Origin: Mobula hypostoma
Lineage: Eukaryota
Length of the DNA stretch: 64,000 nt
Assembly (NCBI RefSeq): GCF_963921235.1
Contig: NC_086101.1
Span: 248,001 to 312,000, forward strand
Direction: 5' to 3'
A program made the translations under genes and the position numbers. This document shows, one piece after another, positions 25,800 through 37,658 of this stretch; within the stretch, counting starts at the first letter, position 1; each line of letters begins with the position of its first letter. Under the pieces are notes generated by a model, which was not told the origin of the DNA, made no database searches, and saw only the letters and a list, made by a program, of their open reading frames with translations.

Positions 25800-28715
25800 C
25801 AGAGAAGGCAAAATAAACAGAGAAGCAGAATAAACGGTGTAAAGACAGTAAGGTAGAAGGGCTGAAATGTGTGTACCTCAATGCAAGAAGCATCAGGAAC
25901 AAAGGTGATGAACTGAGAGCTTGGATACATACATGGAATTATGATGTAGTGGCCATTACGTAGACTTGGCTGGCACCAGGGCAGGAATGGATTCTCAATA
26001 TTCCTGGATTTCAGTGATTTGAAAAGGATAGAGAGGGCGGAAAAGGGGGAGGAGGGGTGGCATTACTGGTCAGGGATACTATTACAGCTACAGAAAGGGT
26101 GGGTAATGTAGCAGGATCCTCTTTTGAGTCAGTATGGGTGGAAGTCAGGAACAGGAAGGGAGCAGTTACTGTACTGGGGGTATTCTATAGGACCCCTGGT
26201 AGCAGCAGAGATACAGAGGAGTAGGTTGGGAGTCAGGTTTTGGAAAGGCGCAAAAATAACAGGGTTGTTATCATGGGTGACTTTAACTTCCCTAATATTG
26301 ATTGGCACCTGATTAGTTCCAAGGATTTAGATGGGGCAGAGTTTGTTAAGAGTGTCCAGGACGGATTCCGGTCACAGTCTGTGGACAGGCCGACTTAGGG
26401 GAATGCTATACTCGATCTAGTACTAGATAATGAACCGGGTCAGGTCATAGATCTCTCAGTAGGTGAGCATCTGGGGGACAGTGACCCCTGCTGCCTGGCC
26501 TGTAGCATTATCATGGAAAAGGAGAGAATCAGAGAGGAGAGGAAAAATTTGAATTGGGGCAGGGCAAATTATGAGGCTATAAGGCTAGAACTTGCGGGTG
26601 TGAATTGGGATGATGTTTTTGCAGGGAAATGTACTATGGACATGTGGTCGATGTTTAGAGATCTCTTGCAGAATGTTAGAGATAAATTTGTCCCAGTGAG
26701 GAAGATAAAGAATGGTAGGGTGAAGGAACCATGGGTGACAAGTGAGGTGGAAAATCTAGTCAGGTGGAAGAAGGCAGCATACATGAGGTTTAGGAAGCAG
26801 GGATCAGATGGGTCTATTGAGGAATATAGGGAAGCAAGTAAGGAGCTTAAGAAGGGGCTGAGAAAAGCAAGAAGGGGGCATGAGAAAGCCTTGGTGAGTA
26901 GGGTAAAGGAAAACTCCAAGTCATTCTTCAATTCTGTGAAGGAAAAACAGATGACAGGAGTGACGGTTGGTCCGATTAGAGATAAAGGTGGGAAGATGTG
27001 CCTGGACGCTGTGGAAGTGAGCGAGGTCCTCAATGAATACTTCTCTTCGGTATTCACCAATGAGAGGGAACTCGATGATGGTGAGGACAATATGAGTGAG
27101 GCTGATGTTCTGGAGCATGTTGATATTAAGAGAGCGGTGCTGCTGGAGTTGTTAAAATACATTAGGACGGATAAGTCCCCGGGGCCTGACGGAATATTCC
27201 CCAGGCTGCTCCACGAGGCGAGGGAAGAGATTGCTGAGCCTGTGGCTAGAATCTTTATGTCCTCGTTGTCCACGGGAATGGTACCGGAAGACTGGAGGGA
27301 GGCGAATGTTGTACCCTTGTTCAAAAATTGTAGTAGGGATAGTCCGGGATATTATAGACCAGTGAGCCTTACGTCTGTGGTGGGAAAGCTGTTGGAAAAC
27401 ATTCTTAGAGATAGGATCTCTAAGCATTTAGAGAACCATGGTCTGATCAGAGACAGTCAGCATGCCTTGGTGAAGGGTAGCTCGTGTCTAACAAGGCTGA
27501 TAGAGTTCTTTGAGGAGGTGACCAGGCATATAGATGAGGGTAGTGCAGTGGATGTGATCTATTTGGATTTTAGTAAGGCATTTGACAAAGTTCCACACGG
27601 TAGGCTTATTCAGAATGTCAGAAGGCGTGGGATCCAGGGAAGTTTGGCCAGGTGAATTCAGAATTGGCTTGCTTGCAGAAGGCAGAGGGTCGTAGTGGAG
27701 GGAGTACATTGAGATTGGAGGATTGTGACTAGTGGTGTCTCATAAGGATCTGTTCTGGGACCTCTACTTTCCGTGATTTTTATTAACGACCTGGATGTGG
27801 GGTTAGAAGGATGGGTTGGCAAGTTTGCAGACGACACAAAGGTTGGTATTGTTGTCGATAGTGTAGAGGATTGTCAAAGATTGCAGAGAGACATTGATAG
27901 GATGCAGAAGTGGGCTGAGAAGTGGCAGATGGAGGTCAACCCGGAGAAGTGTGAGGTGGTACACTTTGGAAGGACAAACTCCAAGGCAGAGTACAAAGTA
28001 AATGGCAGGATACTTGGTAGTGTGGAGGAGCAGAGCGATTTGGGGGCACACGTCCACAGATCCCTGAAAGTTGCCTCACAGGTGGATAGGGTAGTTAAGA
28101 AAGCTTATGGGGTGTTAGCTTTCATAAATCGAGGGATAGAGTTTAAGAGTCGCGAGGTAATGATGCAGCTCTATAAAACTCTGGTTAGGCTTGGAGTACT
28201 GTGTCCAGTTCCGGTCGCCTCACTATAGGAAGGATGTGGAAGCATTGGAAAGGGTACAGGGGAGATTTACCAGGATGCTGGCTGGTTTATAGAGCATGCA
28301 TTATGATCAGAGATTAAGGGAGCTTGGGCTTTACGCTTTGGAGAGAAGGAGGATGACAGGAGACATGATAGAGATGTACAAGATATTAAGAGGAATAGAT
28401 AGAGTCGATAGCCAGCGCCTCTTCCCCAGGGCACAACTGCTCAATAGAAGAGGACATGGCATTAAGGTAAGGGGTGGGAAGTTCAAGGGGGATATTAGAG
28501 GAAGGTTTTTTACTCAGAGAGTGGCTGGTGCGTGGAATGCACTGCCTGAGTCAGTGGTGGAGGCAGATACACTAGTGAAGTTTAAGAGACTACAGCCAGG
28601 CATATGGAGGAATTTAAGGTGTGGGACTAAATGGGAATCAGGGTTTGAGAGTCGGCACAACATTGTGGGCCGAAGGGCCTGTAATGCCCTGTACTATTCT
28701 ATGTTCTGTGTTCTA
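25800..28715 (+). mobile_element. CR1 LINE, nearly complete ORF2, degraded
   Basis: YLNARSIRNK near 25873; ORFs 26513-27655, 27773-28228, 28296-28600; tail tattctatgttctgtgttct. Confidence 0.9.
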
Positions 28716-29785
28716 AAATACATTATGATATTAGGGAAACAGAAACAAGATCGAAATATCCCATAACTAGGTATAGTAAATTAACCATAATATTTAAAAG
28801 GTATGTTTTAATCCATTCTAAGACAAAACAGAAAAAAAACAGAGAATAAAAAAAGCTGTTAGGTTAAAAGTAAAGAAAAAAATCTCTGACATAGTCGTAA
28901 ATTGAAACATATAATAGCCATCATCATTGCTGAACCAATTGGAAATTGTGAACGTAGTTCCAAAAAGGTCCCCATAATATGAAAAAATATTGTCTTGGTA
29001 TAGAAATAGAACACCTAATCTTCTCTGGATTTAACCATGACATAACATCAATCAACCAATGTGCATGAGTAGGCAGAGCGGCGTCTTTCCATTTAAGCAA
29101 CAAAACTCTTCTGTCTAAAAGAGAAATTAAAGCCGAAATATGCAAATCATTAAGCTTAAGATTAAAATGATTTCTTCCAACAACGCCAAACCAGACAGTC
29201 AGAAGGTTGGGTTTAATATTTACTTTAGAAAGCTCTGAGAAAGTTTGAAATACTTCTTTCCAAAATTTTCAAGCCACAGGCAGGACCAAAACATATGAAT
29301 TAGAGAGGCCTCTTCGATATTACACCTGTTACAGTAAGGGGAAAAATCTGAGTAAAAACAAGACAGCTTATCTTTAGGCTCTATGAAACACTTTAAATTC
29401 TAAAAGAGAGGGATGCACACATAACGAAGAAGAATGAACAAGTTTAAAGATTTCATTCCAAGTATCCTCATCAATTGAAATCTGTAGGTCTTGTACCCAG
29501 AGGTTTTTAATTTTGTCTAATGGAATTTTTCTCAATGCCAACAACATACTATAAATATTAGAAATAGATCCATTATGAAATGTTTCAAAGTAAAAATTGT
29601 TTCAACTAAATTCTTATCTGGACATTTAGGTAATGAAAAAAGTTGAAAACACAAGAAGTCTCTAATTTGTAAATATCTAAAAAAGTACGCTTTACGAAGA
29701 TTATATTTAATAGATTATATTTAGTTGATCATATAAGGAAAGACTATCTCCTGCAAACATATCCTGAAAACATTTAATACCCAGT
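28716..29785 (-). mobile_element. L1-clade LINE ORF2 C-terminal fragment
   Basis: AT-rich; RRVLLLKWKDAALPT..WL, cysteine-rich C-terminus remnant (C..C...HMFWSC); related to 46215-48061. Confidence 0.75.
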
Positions 29786-31118
29786 CTGCCTCACAGAAAA
29801 TGGGGAAAAATGGAAAACCTGGAATAAGGAACATGGACCAGACCGTAAACCGGAATACGGGTTTCACAGACCGGACCAAGACAGTATCCCCCGCTCTATG
29901 GGAGCTCCTGGTGACGCAAAAGGCTTCTCAGACTATGGACAATACGGGCGGGTGGGGGGGGGGCGTGACGGCGTGCATTCAACAGGACAGAACTCAGCAT
30001 AGCAAGCATTGAATGACAGTGTCTGTGTCGCTGGGTCCAAGTCTGGCTGGACTGTTCTGTCATAATGGGGAGAGCTGGGAGCGGACCCAAATGCAAGACA
30101 CAGGCACTGACGTACTAGGAACAGGATTAGGACTAGAGTTAAGGAAGAGAAGTGGGGAAGAAAGGACGCTGGACATGACACAGGTCCTGGACGAGGCAAG
30201 GATTCAGGGCCTGGGCAAGACATGATTAGGATAGCAGAACCAGGACATGGAACTGGGAACGTGGAGCCAGGGTTTGGACTCCGAGCCGGAGTCTGGACAA
30301 GGACCCAGAACCTGGGCCTTGACTCGGGCTCGGACTCCAGAACTAGGCGAGGACAAGACGTGGCTATAGGACGAGGAGTGGCAACAGGACTGGACGTGAG
30401 ACTCCTGGATAGGAGAAAAGAACCCCAGCACAGGACGAGGGAACTCCAGCACATGGCTGGGTAAGGTACTCCTGGGCTGGGCGAGGCACATGGACTAGAC
30501 GAGAACACAAAGCCATGGCTTGGACAGGACAAGGTTCTTGGACGTGGCTAGGACCGGACGAGACCCCGAAGCCTTGACTTGGTCGAGATAGAGACAGGAA
30601 CGCAGAGCCTTGGTCTTGGGAGACAGGAACATAGAACACAGAGCCGGGACCCATCCTAGGGTACAGCACGTAGGGCCGGGACTCAGTACACAGAATGTAG
30701 AACACGTCGAGACGGTTTCCCAACACAAGGTAGCGGCAAACGGCCAGACCTACCTAGTGAAGGCATGGACACAGAGACAGTTCAAAACAACGAAAGACAG
30801 TTCCTTATCTTGCTCAGGAGGTTGAACTTGACAGTGGTGAAAGCTAAGGTTGCAGGCGAGGGTTACAGGCGAGGTAAGGCTTCAGGCAGAGGTTGCAGGC
30901 AAGGCTTCAGGGGGAAGGTGAAAGGAATCTATACAGACAGGGGTTTTGGACAGGAACAATCCAGCAGCCAGAGGCTGAATCCTGAAGCTATTTATGAAGC
31001 CAGGCCAAACGAGAATCAGCTGCCTCAACAGAAACGGGGGGAAACCGGAAAACCTGGAATAAGGAGCATGGACCGGACCGTGAACCTGAATGCAGATTTC
31101 ACGGACTGGACCATGACA
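29786..31118 (-). mobile_element. Internally deleted Gypsy (Tf1/sushi-like) LTR element: 5' LTR 31118-30058, 174-bp interior, truncated 3' LTR 29883-29786
   Basis: LTR termini TGTCAT...ATGACA; 29786-29883 repeats 31020-31118; purine tract AGAGCGGGGGATAC before 3' LTR; xDPA gag-start-like and PPPPARIV pol-end-like codons inside. Confidence 0.8.
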
Positions 31119-31139
31119 CATCTCAAACCATCAGGCTGA

Positions 31140-31850
31140 GTGCATCTTTGCTGGATATCTCCATATTCTTCCTAACAAACTCCCTGCATGCTGTCTCAAC
31201 TTTGGTGCCAACCGCCCTGTCCTCTGCCTCCTCACTTTGGTTCTCAGCTCCTTGCAAATCTAATTTAAACCCTCCCCAACGGCATTCCTATTCCTCCCTA
31301 CCCCAGACCCCAGCATGTTGGATCCTCTCCAGTTCAGCTGCAACCCGTTCCCGTCAACTCTTCCCCAGAAAAGTTTCCAGGGATCCAAGAGCTTGAAATC
31401 CTGACCCTGCGCCATCTCCTCAGCCACTCATTCGGATAAACTGTCTTCCTGATCTGACCTTCCCCAGCTCGTGGTACAGGGAGTAATCGGGACATTATCA
31501 CCTTGGAGATCCTTCTCTTCAGTCTCCTTCCTAACTCCCTGAACTTACTGCTCTGCCCCTCGCCGGCATACGTCACTGGTACCAACATGTACCACCACCT
31601 CTGGCTGCTCACCGGCCCCTTCAAGAATATCCTGCGACTGCTCAGAGACATCCTGGACCCTAGCACCCGGGAGGCAACACTCCATCCTGGCATCTCTTCT
31701 GCTGTTGCAGAATTTCCTATCCGTCCCTCAAATTACCGAGTCCCTATGACTATTGCTCCGCCTGGCTCCACCCTTCCCTTCCGAGCCTCAGAGCCAATCT
31801 CAGTGCTATTGGTGCCGCTGCCACTGCATTGCCCATAGGTCAGCCCCCTC
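31140..31850 (-). mobile_element. CR1 ORF1 (SGNH esterase-like) remnant
   Basis: RELGRRLKRRISKVIMSRLLPVPRA..NEWLRRW; homologous to 51257-51898. Confidence 0.75.
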
Positions 31851-31944
31851 GGCAATTGTCTCTTTGTTTATGCTGTCTTTGACTTCCCTCGTCTGCCACG
31901 ATGGCCTCATCCTCCCTTTAGAATACTTCGTCTTTGGGATGTAT

Positions 31945-32320
31945 CTGCAGGAGAGGGTGCAGAAGAGGTTCACCAGGATATTGTCTGGATTAGAGGCATG
32001 AGCTACTGTTGTAAGGAGAGTTTGGACAAACTTAGGTTGTTTTCTCTGGAGTCGAGGAGGCTCAGTATGACCCGATAAAACTCGCAACATTACAAGAGAC
32101 ATACATAGATAGATAGAGTTGATAGTTGGCATCATTACTCCCTGTGGGTCAAAAGGTCTAACACCAGAGCATTCAGAGCGATGAGGAGGAACCTCTTTGG
32201 CCAACAGGTAGAGATCCTGTGAAATTCAATGCCATGGACGGCTCGGAGGCCAAGTCATCGGGTTTATTTAAGACAGAAGTTGATCAGTGCGTGATTATTT
32301 AGCACGTCAACGGCGATGGG
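31945..32320 (+). mobile_element. Old CR1 3' ORF2 fragment
   Basis: ERVQKRFTRILSGLE; ttttctctggagtcgaggagg. Confidence 0.65.
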
Positions 32321-32896
32321 GAGAAGGCAACAGAAGTTCCTTGTCGGTAGATACAGATTCTCTGTATCCCACTGATCATTATCACAAGGGGAGATTCTTG
32401 TAACAGAAGGAAAACAAAAAACACTGGGACAGGTACAGAAAGTGGAAAGTTTAGAGGGAGAGGGGACAAGCACAGAGATAGGTCAGACTTAAGTGGCAGG
32501 TTCTTGTCCAGCACAGAGCAGTGGGGCTAAACGCCGGTTCATTTTTCCACTTTCAGATCTTCACTGAGAAAATTTTGCATCAGTACATGTTTCACAAACA
32601 ATACATTTCAATGTACAAGTTCAACGTAAGTTTATCATCAAAGTGTGTTAACCAGGTGCTATTGAACAATTCATTTCCTTGTTGGCAAGGCAACTCAATG
32701 CTCACCCCCAGTCTGGGGTCGGGAATGGAACGAATTCCAGAGGGGGAGGGTAGGCTGACTCTGCGACTTTATGAAGGAGCCCCATCTCATTCCTCTTTTC
32801 CCTTCTCACTCCCCCGCCCACACATTCCTCTGCATGTGTTTGTGTGTGTGTGTGAGAGAGAGATGTCTGTCCACTTCACCTTCCATCAACAATGTC

Positions 32897-33420
32897 CCAT
32901 AGAACCATAGAACCATAGAAACTACAGCACAGAAACAGGCCTTCTGGCCCTTCTTGGCTGTACCGAACCATTTTCTGCCTAGTCCCACTGACCTGCACAC
33001 GGACCATATCCCTCCATACACCTCCCATCCATGTATCTGTCCAATTTATTCTTAAACGTTAAAAAAGAACCCGCATTTACCACCTCGTCTGGCAGCTCAT
33101 TCCATACTTCCACCACTCTCTGTGTGAAGAAGCACCCCCTAATGTTCCCTTTAAACTTTCCCCCCCTCACCCTTAACCCATGTCCTCTGGTTTTTTTCTC
33201 CCCTTGCCTCAGTGGAAAAAGCCTGCTTGCATTGACTTTATCTATACACATCATAATTTTATATACCTCTATCAAATCTCCCCTCATTCTTCTATGCTCC
33301 AGGGAGTAAAGTCCTAACCTATTCAACCTTTCTCTGTAACTGAGTTTCTCAAGTCCTGGCAACATCCTTGTAAACCTTCTCTGCACTCCTTCAACCTTAT
33401 TTATATCCTTCCTGTAATTT
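32897..33420 (-). mobile_element. CR1 3' fragment (same subfamily as 3811-9005)
   Basis: NYRKDINKVEGVQRRFTRM...GYGPCAGQWD; (catagaac)n tail at 32897. Confidence 0.88.
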
Positions 33421-34505
33421 GTAATCCCCGCTCCCCCAACGCACTCACACCCCTGTACATACAGTATTCCTTGCGGGCTCAAATGATCCAATAATGTTAT
33501 GCCCTCCCTCCTGCACCAACTCCTTATCCACGTGCTAAACTGTGTATTCTCCCTATTCCCGGCACGTGACACAGATGACAGTCCTGATGTCACAGCCCTG
33601 GATGAGCTGCAATATAACTTAGCACCTCACCCCCTGAACTCCCTTTTCAGAACCTCGTTACTCTACCAGCCAATATCATTACCCACATGGACCACGACCT
33701 TCACTGTTCGCCCTCTGTAGGAATGCTGAGCGGGCGACCGGAGATGTCCCAGACCCTAGCATACAGGAGGCAACATACCATCCTGGAATCTTATTCTCAG
33801 CCACCGAATATCCAGTCAGTTCCTTTTGCTAATGAATCACCTATGGCCACAGCTCGCCTCTTCTCCACCCTTCCCTTCTCAGTCTCAGAGACTCTCAGAG
33901 CATTTCAGACTATGCGCCAGAGACCGTCCTGCTGTGACCTTCCTTTGCCAGGTCATCCCTTCGTCTCTAACTGTGTCTAAAGTGATATATGTGTTGTTCA
34001 GGGGGATTAACACAGGGGTACACAGCATTCACTGTTTTCCACTTTCCCCTTCCTGACTGTCACCCAGTTCCCTGTGCCATAAACCTTGTGTGAAACTACC
34101 TCTCTACATGCCCTACTTATCAACCCTTCAGCATCCCGAATAATATGGAGTTAATCAGGTTCCAGTTCCAACTCCTTAAAGTGGATTGTTTCGAACTGAA
34201 GCTGGATGCACTTCTCACAGCTGCAGTAATCAGGGACACAGGATGGTCCCCTGCCTTCCCACATCCCGCAAGAGGAGCTTTCCACTATCGTGCTTGGCAT
34301 CTCCATTGTTCTAACTGAGCAAATATAAGGAAGGGGGCAAAAAAATTCTAGCTCCATGAAGATTTTTCCTTCTCTAACCCAATGCTCTCCTCACTGAAAC
34401 CTCAAAGAGGTAAAGCCTCAAAGTCTCCACTCTGACTCTGTCCACTCTGACACTGGCCGCTCCACTTGCTCCTGCCCAACATCAAGATTTTCTTGATAAT
34501 CAATC
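33421..34505 (-). mobile_element. CR1 5' UTR/ORF1 remnant (zinc-knuckle-like plus esterase)
   Basis: ORF 34151-34357 SSCGMWE..CEKCIQLQ..KELELE; NTQFSTWIRSWCRREG. Confidence 0.7.
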
Positions 34506-35470
34506 ATAAGACCATACGACAAAGGAGCAGAAGCCGGCCATTCGGCCCATCGAGTCTGCTCCGCCATTTTATCATGAGCTGATCCATTCTCCCACTTATT
34601 CCCACTCCCCCGCCTTCTCATCATAACATTTGATGCCCTGGCTACTCAGATACCTATCAATCTCTGCCTTAAATACACCCAATGACTTGGCCTCCACTGC
34701 CGCCCGTGGCAACAAATTCCATAGATTCACCACCCTCTGGCTAAAAAGAATTCTTCGCATTTCTGTTCTGAATGGGCGCCCTTCAATCCTTAAGTCATGC
34801 CCTCTCATACTAGACACCCCCATCATGGGAAACAACTTTGCCACATCCACTCTGTCCATGCCTTTCAACATTCGAAATGTTTCTATGAGGTCTCCCCTCA
34901 TTCTTCTAAACTCCAAGGAATACAGTCCAAGAGCGGACAAACGTTCCTCATATGTTAACCCTCTAATTCTCGGAACCATTCTAGTGAATCTTCTCTGTAC
35001 CCTCTCCAACGTCAGCACATCCTTTCTTAAATAAGGAGACCAAAACTGCCCACAGTATTCCAAGTGAGGTCTCACCAGCGCCTTATAGAGCCTCAATATC
35101 ACATCCCTGCTCCTATACTCTATTCCTCTCGAAATGAATGCCAACATTGCATTCGCCTTCTTCACTACTGACTCAACCTGGAGGTTAACCTTCAGGGTAT
35201 CCTGTAGGAAGATTCCCAAGTCCCGTTGCATCTCAGAACTTTGAATTCTCTCCCCATTTAAATAATAGTCTTCCCGTTTATTTCTTCTGCCAAAGTGCAT
35301 CACTATACACCTTCCAACATTGTATTTCATTTGCCACTTCTTTGCATATTCTTCCAATCTATCCAAGTCTCTCTGCCGACTCTCTGTTTCCTCAGCACTA
35401 CTGGCTCCTCCACTTATCTTCGTATCATCAGCAAACTTAGCCACAAAGCCTATATTCCATAATCGTATTC
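34506..35470 (-). mobile_element. CR1 3' fragment
   Basis: ORF 34596-35444 (KFADDTK...RVVNLWN); tail cataagaccatacgac; caatc repeated at both junctions. Confidence 0.9.
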
Positions 35471-35639
35471 CAAATCCAATCCTGAATGCTGATTGGCCAT
35501 TGCTGAAAGCTCAAAAATAACTTACCCTGAACCATTGCCTTTAATACCCAGTTGGTGAACCTGAGTGAATTACATCTTTTCAAGCTTCTGATCTCTCCGA
35601 TTATTGATGGGTCAAAGCTTGACAGGGCGACAGAAGGAT

Positions 35640-35970
35640 CAATGACTGATTGAAACCCATCCCACATTCAGAGCTAGTGACCACCCTCTCCACAGTGTGA
35701 ACCCGCCATTATCTCTGCAGCGTGGATAAGTGTGTGAATGTCTTCCCAAAGTCTGAGCAAGTCAACGTACTTTCACTGCTGAAAACAGTTTGGTGTATAG
35801 GTAGGTGAGATGAAAGTGTGAATTCATTCCCAGTTCGAACAGATGAACAGCTTCTCCTCAGTGTGAACTCTCTGATATTCATTCAGCTGTGATGACTGAG
35901 TGAATTCCTTCCCACAGTTTGAGCAGTTGAACAGTTTCTCCCCAGTGTTTGCTCGCTGATGTTCATTCAA
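35640..35970 (-). pseudogene. Degenerate C2H2 zinc-finger remnant, inverted paralog of 25201-25530
   Basis: Reverse complement reads cagcgagcaaacactggggagaaactgttcaactgctcaaactgtgggaaggaattcact. Confidence 0.75.
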
Positions 35971-36779
35971 TACTGGACTGAAAGTGATATTCACAGAGCA
36001 TAAGAATTAAAATGGATGATCTTAAAATTCAGCTACAGATTGGCAAGTATGACGTTGTGGCCACTTCTGAAACTTGGCTAAACGATGACAGTAACCTCGT
36101 CTCGCTCTTAAGTACAGAAGGAATATTATGTAAACGCTGTGTCTGAAGTCCCCTACAATTCCTGGTGAGAACGGAGGTGAACTCACCCCTTGCAGGTAAT
36201 AAAGAATAAAGGTGCTTGATAAAGATACACTCAGTGTCAGTATTGTGTTTTGTGAGGCTCGGCATACTTGAAAATGGATCAGGAGTGAAAGACGGAACGT
36301 TTATGGGGAACATGAGGGGATATTTCTTCACTCAGAGGGTCATCAGAGTGTGAAATGAGCTTAACCCACCCACAAAACCTGTGCCTCTGAATGGGGTGGA
36401 GCCCAAAAAGGTGGGTCCCTCAAATGAGCTGCTGCCAACCAGAGACCGGGGTCCTCGGACTGGCTTGGTGCCACCAGGGAGCATAATGGGTGCCAGCAAA
36501 ACTGGTGTGTGGTGAAAGGGATGGTTGTCTAAGGTTACAGTGGAATGGAGACTAGTTCGGAAAGTGGGCCAAGGAATTGCAGGTGGATCTTAGCTGTCCC
36601 TCAGAAACAGTTCTTCAGGGGGTCAAGGACAACTGAGACACGAAAGAGGGAGCTTCCCTTGGGCTCTAGATTCAAACAGAAAAGACTGATGCACTATGCT
36701 TCAGTTCATCTAGTTTGAAGGTACCAAGACAGAATATAAGTTGTTGCTCCTCCACCCTGAGGATGGACTCACCAATTAG

Positions 36780-37055
36780 GAGCACACTTTGTCGAGCATC
36801 TTCGCACCATCCTCCACAAATGGGGCTTCCCAGTCGGCAAGCATTTTAATTCTCATTCCCATTCCTGTTCCGCCGTGTCTATCCATTGACTCCTATTGCG
36901 CCAAGATGACGCCTCCCTGTGGCGTTATATTCCGTCTGGATACCCTACAACCTGATGGCATGAACATCGACTTCCCCTTCGGGTGAACAAATTCCCGGCA
37001 CCCTCCTCTGTGCCCCACTCTGATATTTTACTTTTTCTCACCTGCCTATTACTTC
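36780..37055 (+). mobile_element. Penelope-like element fragment (GIY-YIG C-terminus)
   Basis: Remnant FVEHLR..PV..HFN..IFRLDTLQPDGMNIDF. Confidence 0.65.
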
Positions 37056-37101
37056 AGGGAAGAGGTCCTGAAAGCAGAATATAGGGAGTTAGGAGGGGAG
37101 T

Positions 37102-37287
37102 GGGGTGTCAGGCAGGGGTAGCACCTCTGGTGGGGGAACATGTCGCGTCCTTTTTTAGGGCGTTTAGTCCACCTTTGGTCCCCACCTGGCACTCAGCTCT
37201 CACCTGTGGCTCCCCGTAGCTGTTTGCATGCGACAGCGGCCACACCCCGGGCAAGGGCTTCGACAAGCCGGCTAAACCAGGTGAGGG
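37102..37287 (+). ncRNA. Predicted HDV-like self-cleaving ribozyme
   Basis: P1 GGGGTGT/ACACCCC; P2 CTCTCACCTGT/ACCAGGTGAGGG; P3 GGC/GCC; P1.1 CC/GG; P4 GGCTT/AAGCC; J4/2 GG-C37272-TAA; folded by eye. Confidence 0.72.
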
Positions 37288-37658
37288 TAACCGAAGGGTC
37301 TCAAACCCTCGGTGAGATAGGGAGTTGTCTATCCCAGCATGTGAAGACAGACTCCGGCGGATTGAGCGGACGAGACCAATGGAAGGTCCAACGGTCAAGA
37401 AGGCGGTCTCTGCAAGCGTCGTGGAACGTGTAGAGCAGGACAAGACACAGAAGACGTCCTGGTCATCCACTGCGCCTAGTCCCATCTCCAGCCGTCTAGA
37501 CTCTGTCTTGCCACTGGATCGAGATGGGAATTGGGCAGAGAGGGAGAGGCTGACGCTGCGCAACTCTCCCTCACTTAAATCCAAATCACGCGCTAGTCTC
37601 GACACCATCATAATGGTGTCGAGGTCCTCATCGACGTCAACGATGGATGAACAACAAC
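37102..37658 (+). mobile_element. 557-bp non-autonomous retroelement (RTE-related by tail type) nested in CR1 ORF1
   Basis: 11-bp TSD AGGAGGGGAGT (37091-37101) / AGGAAGGGTGT (37659-37669); (AAC)n tail; no credible ORF. Confidence 0.82.

Noticed and set aside
29933..30728. Pro/Ser-rich overlapping ORFs
   Set aside because: Low-complexity LTR sequence, open in several frames on both strands
32320..32896. Non-repeat-looking segment with short ORFs and a (GT)n(GA)n tract
   Set aside because: No motif, splice pattern or homology within the window to support a call
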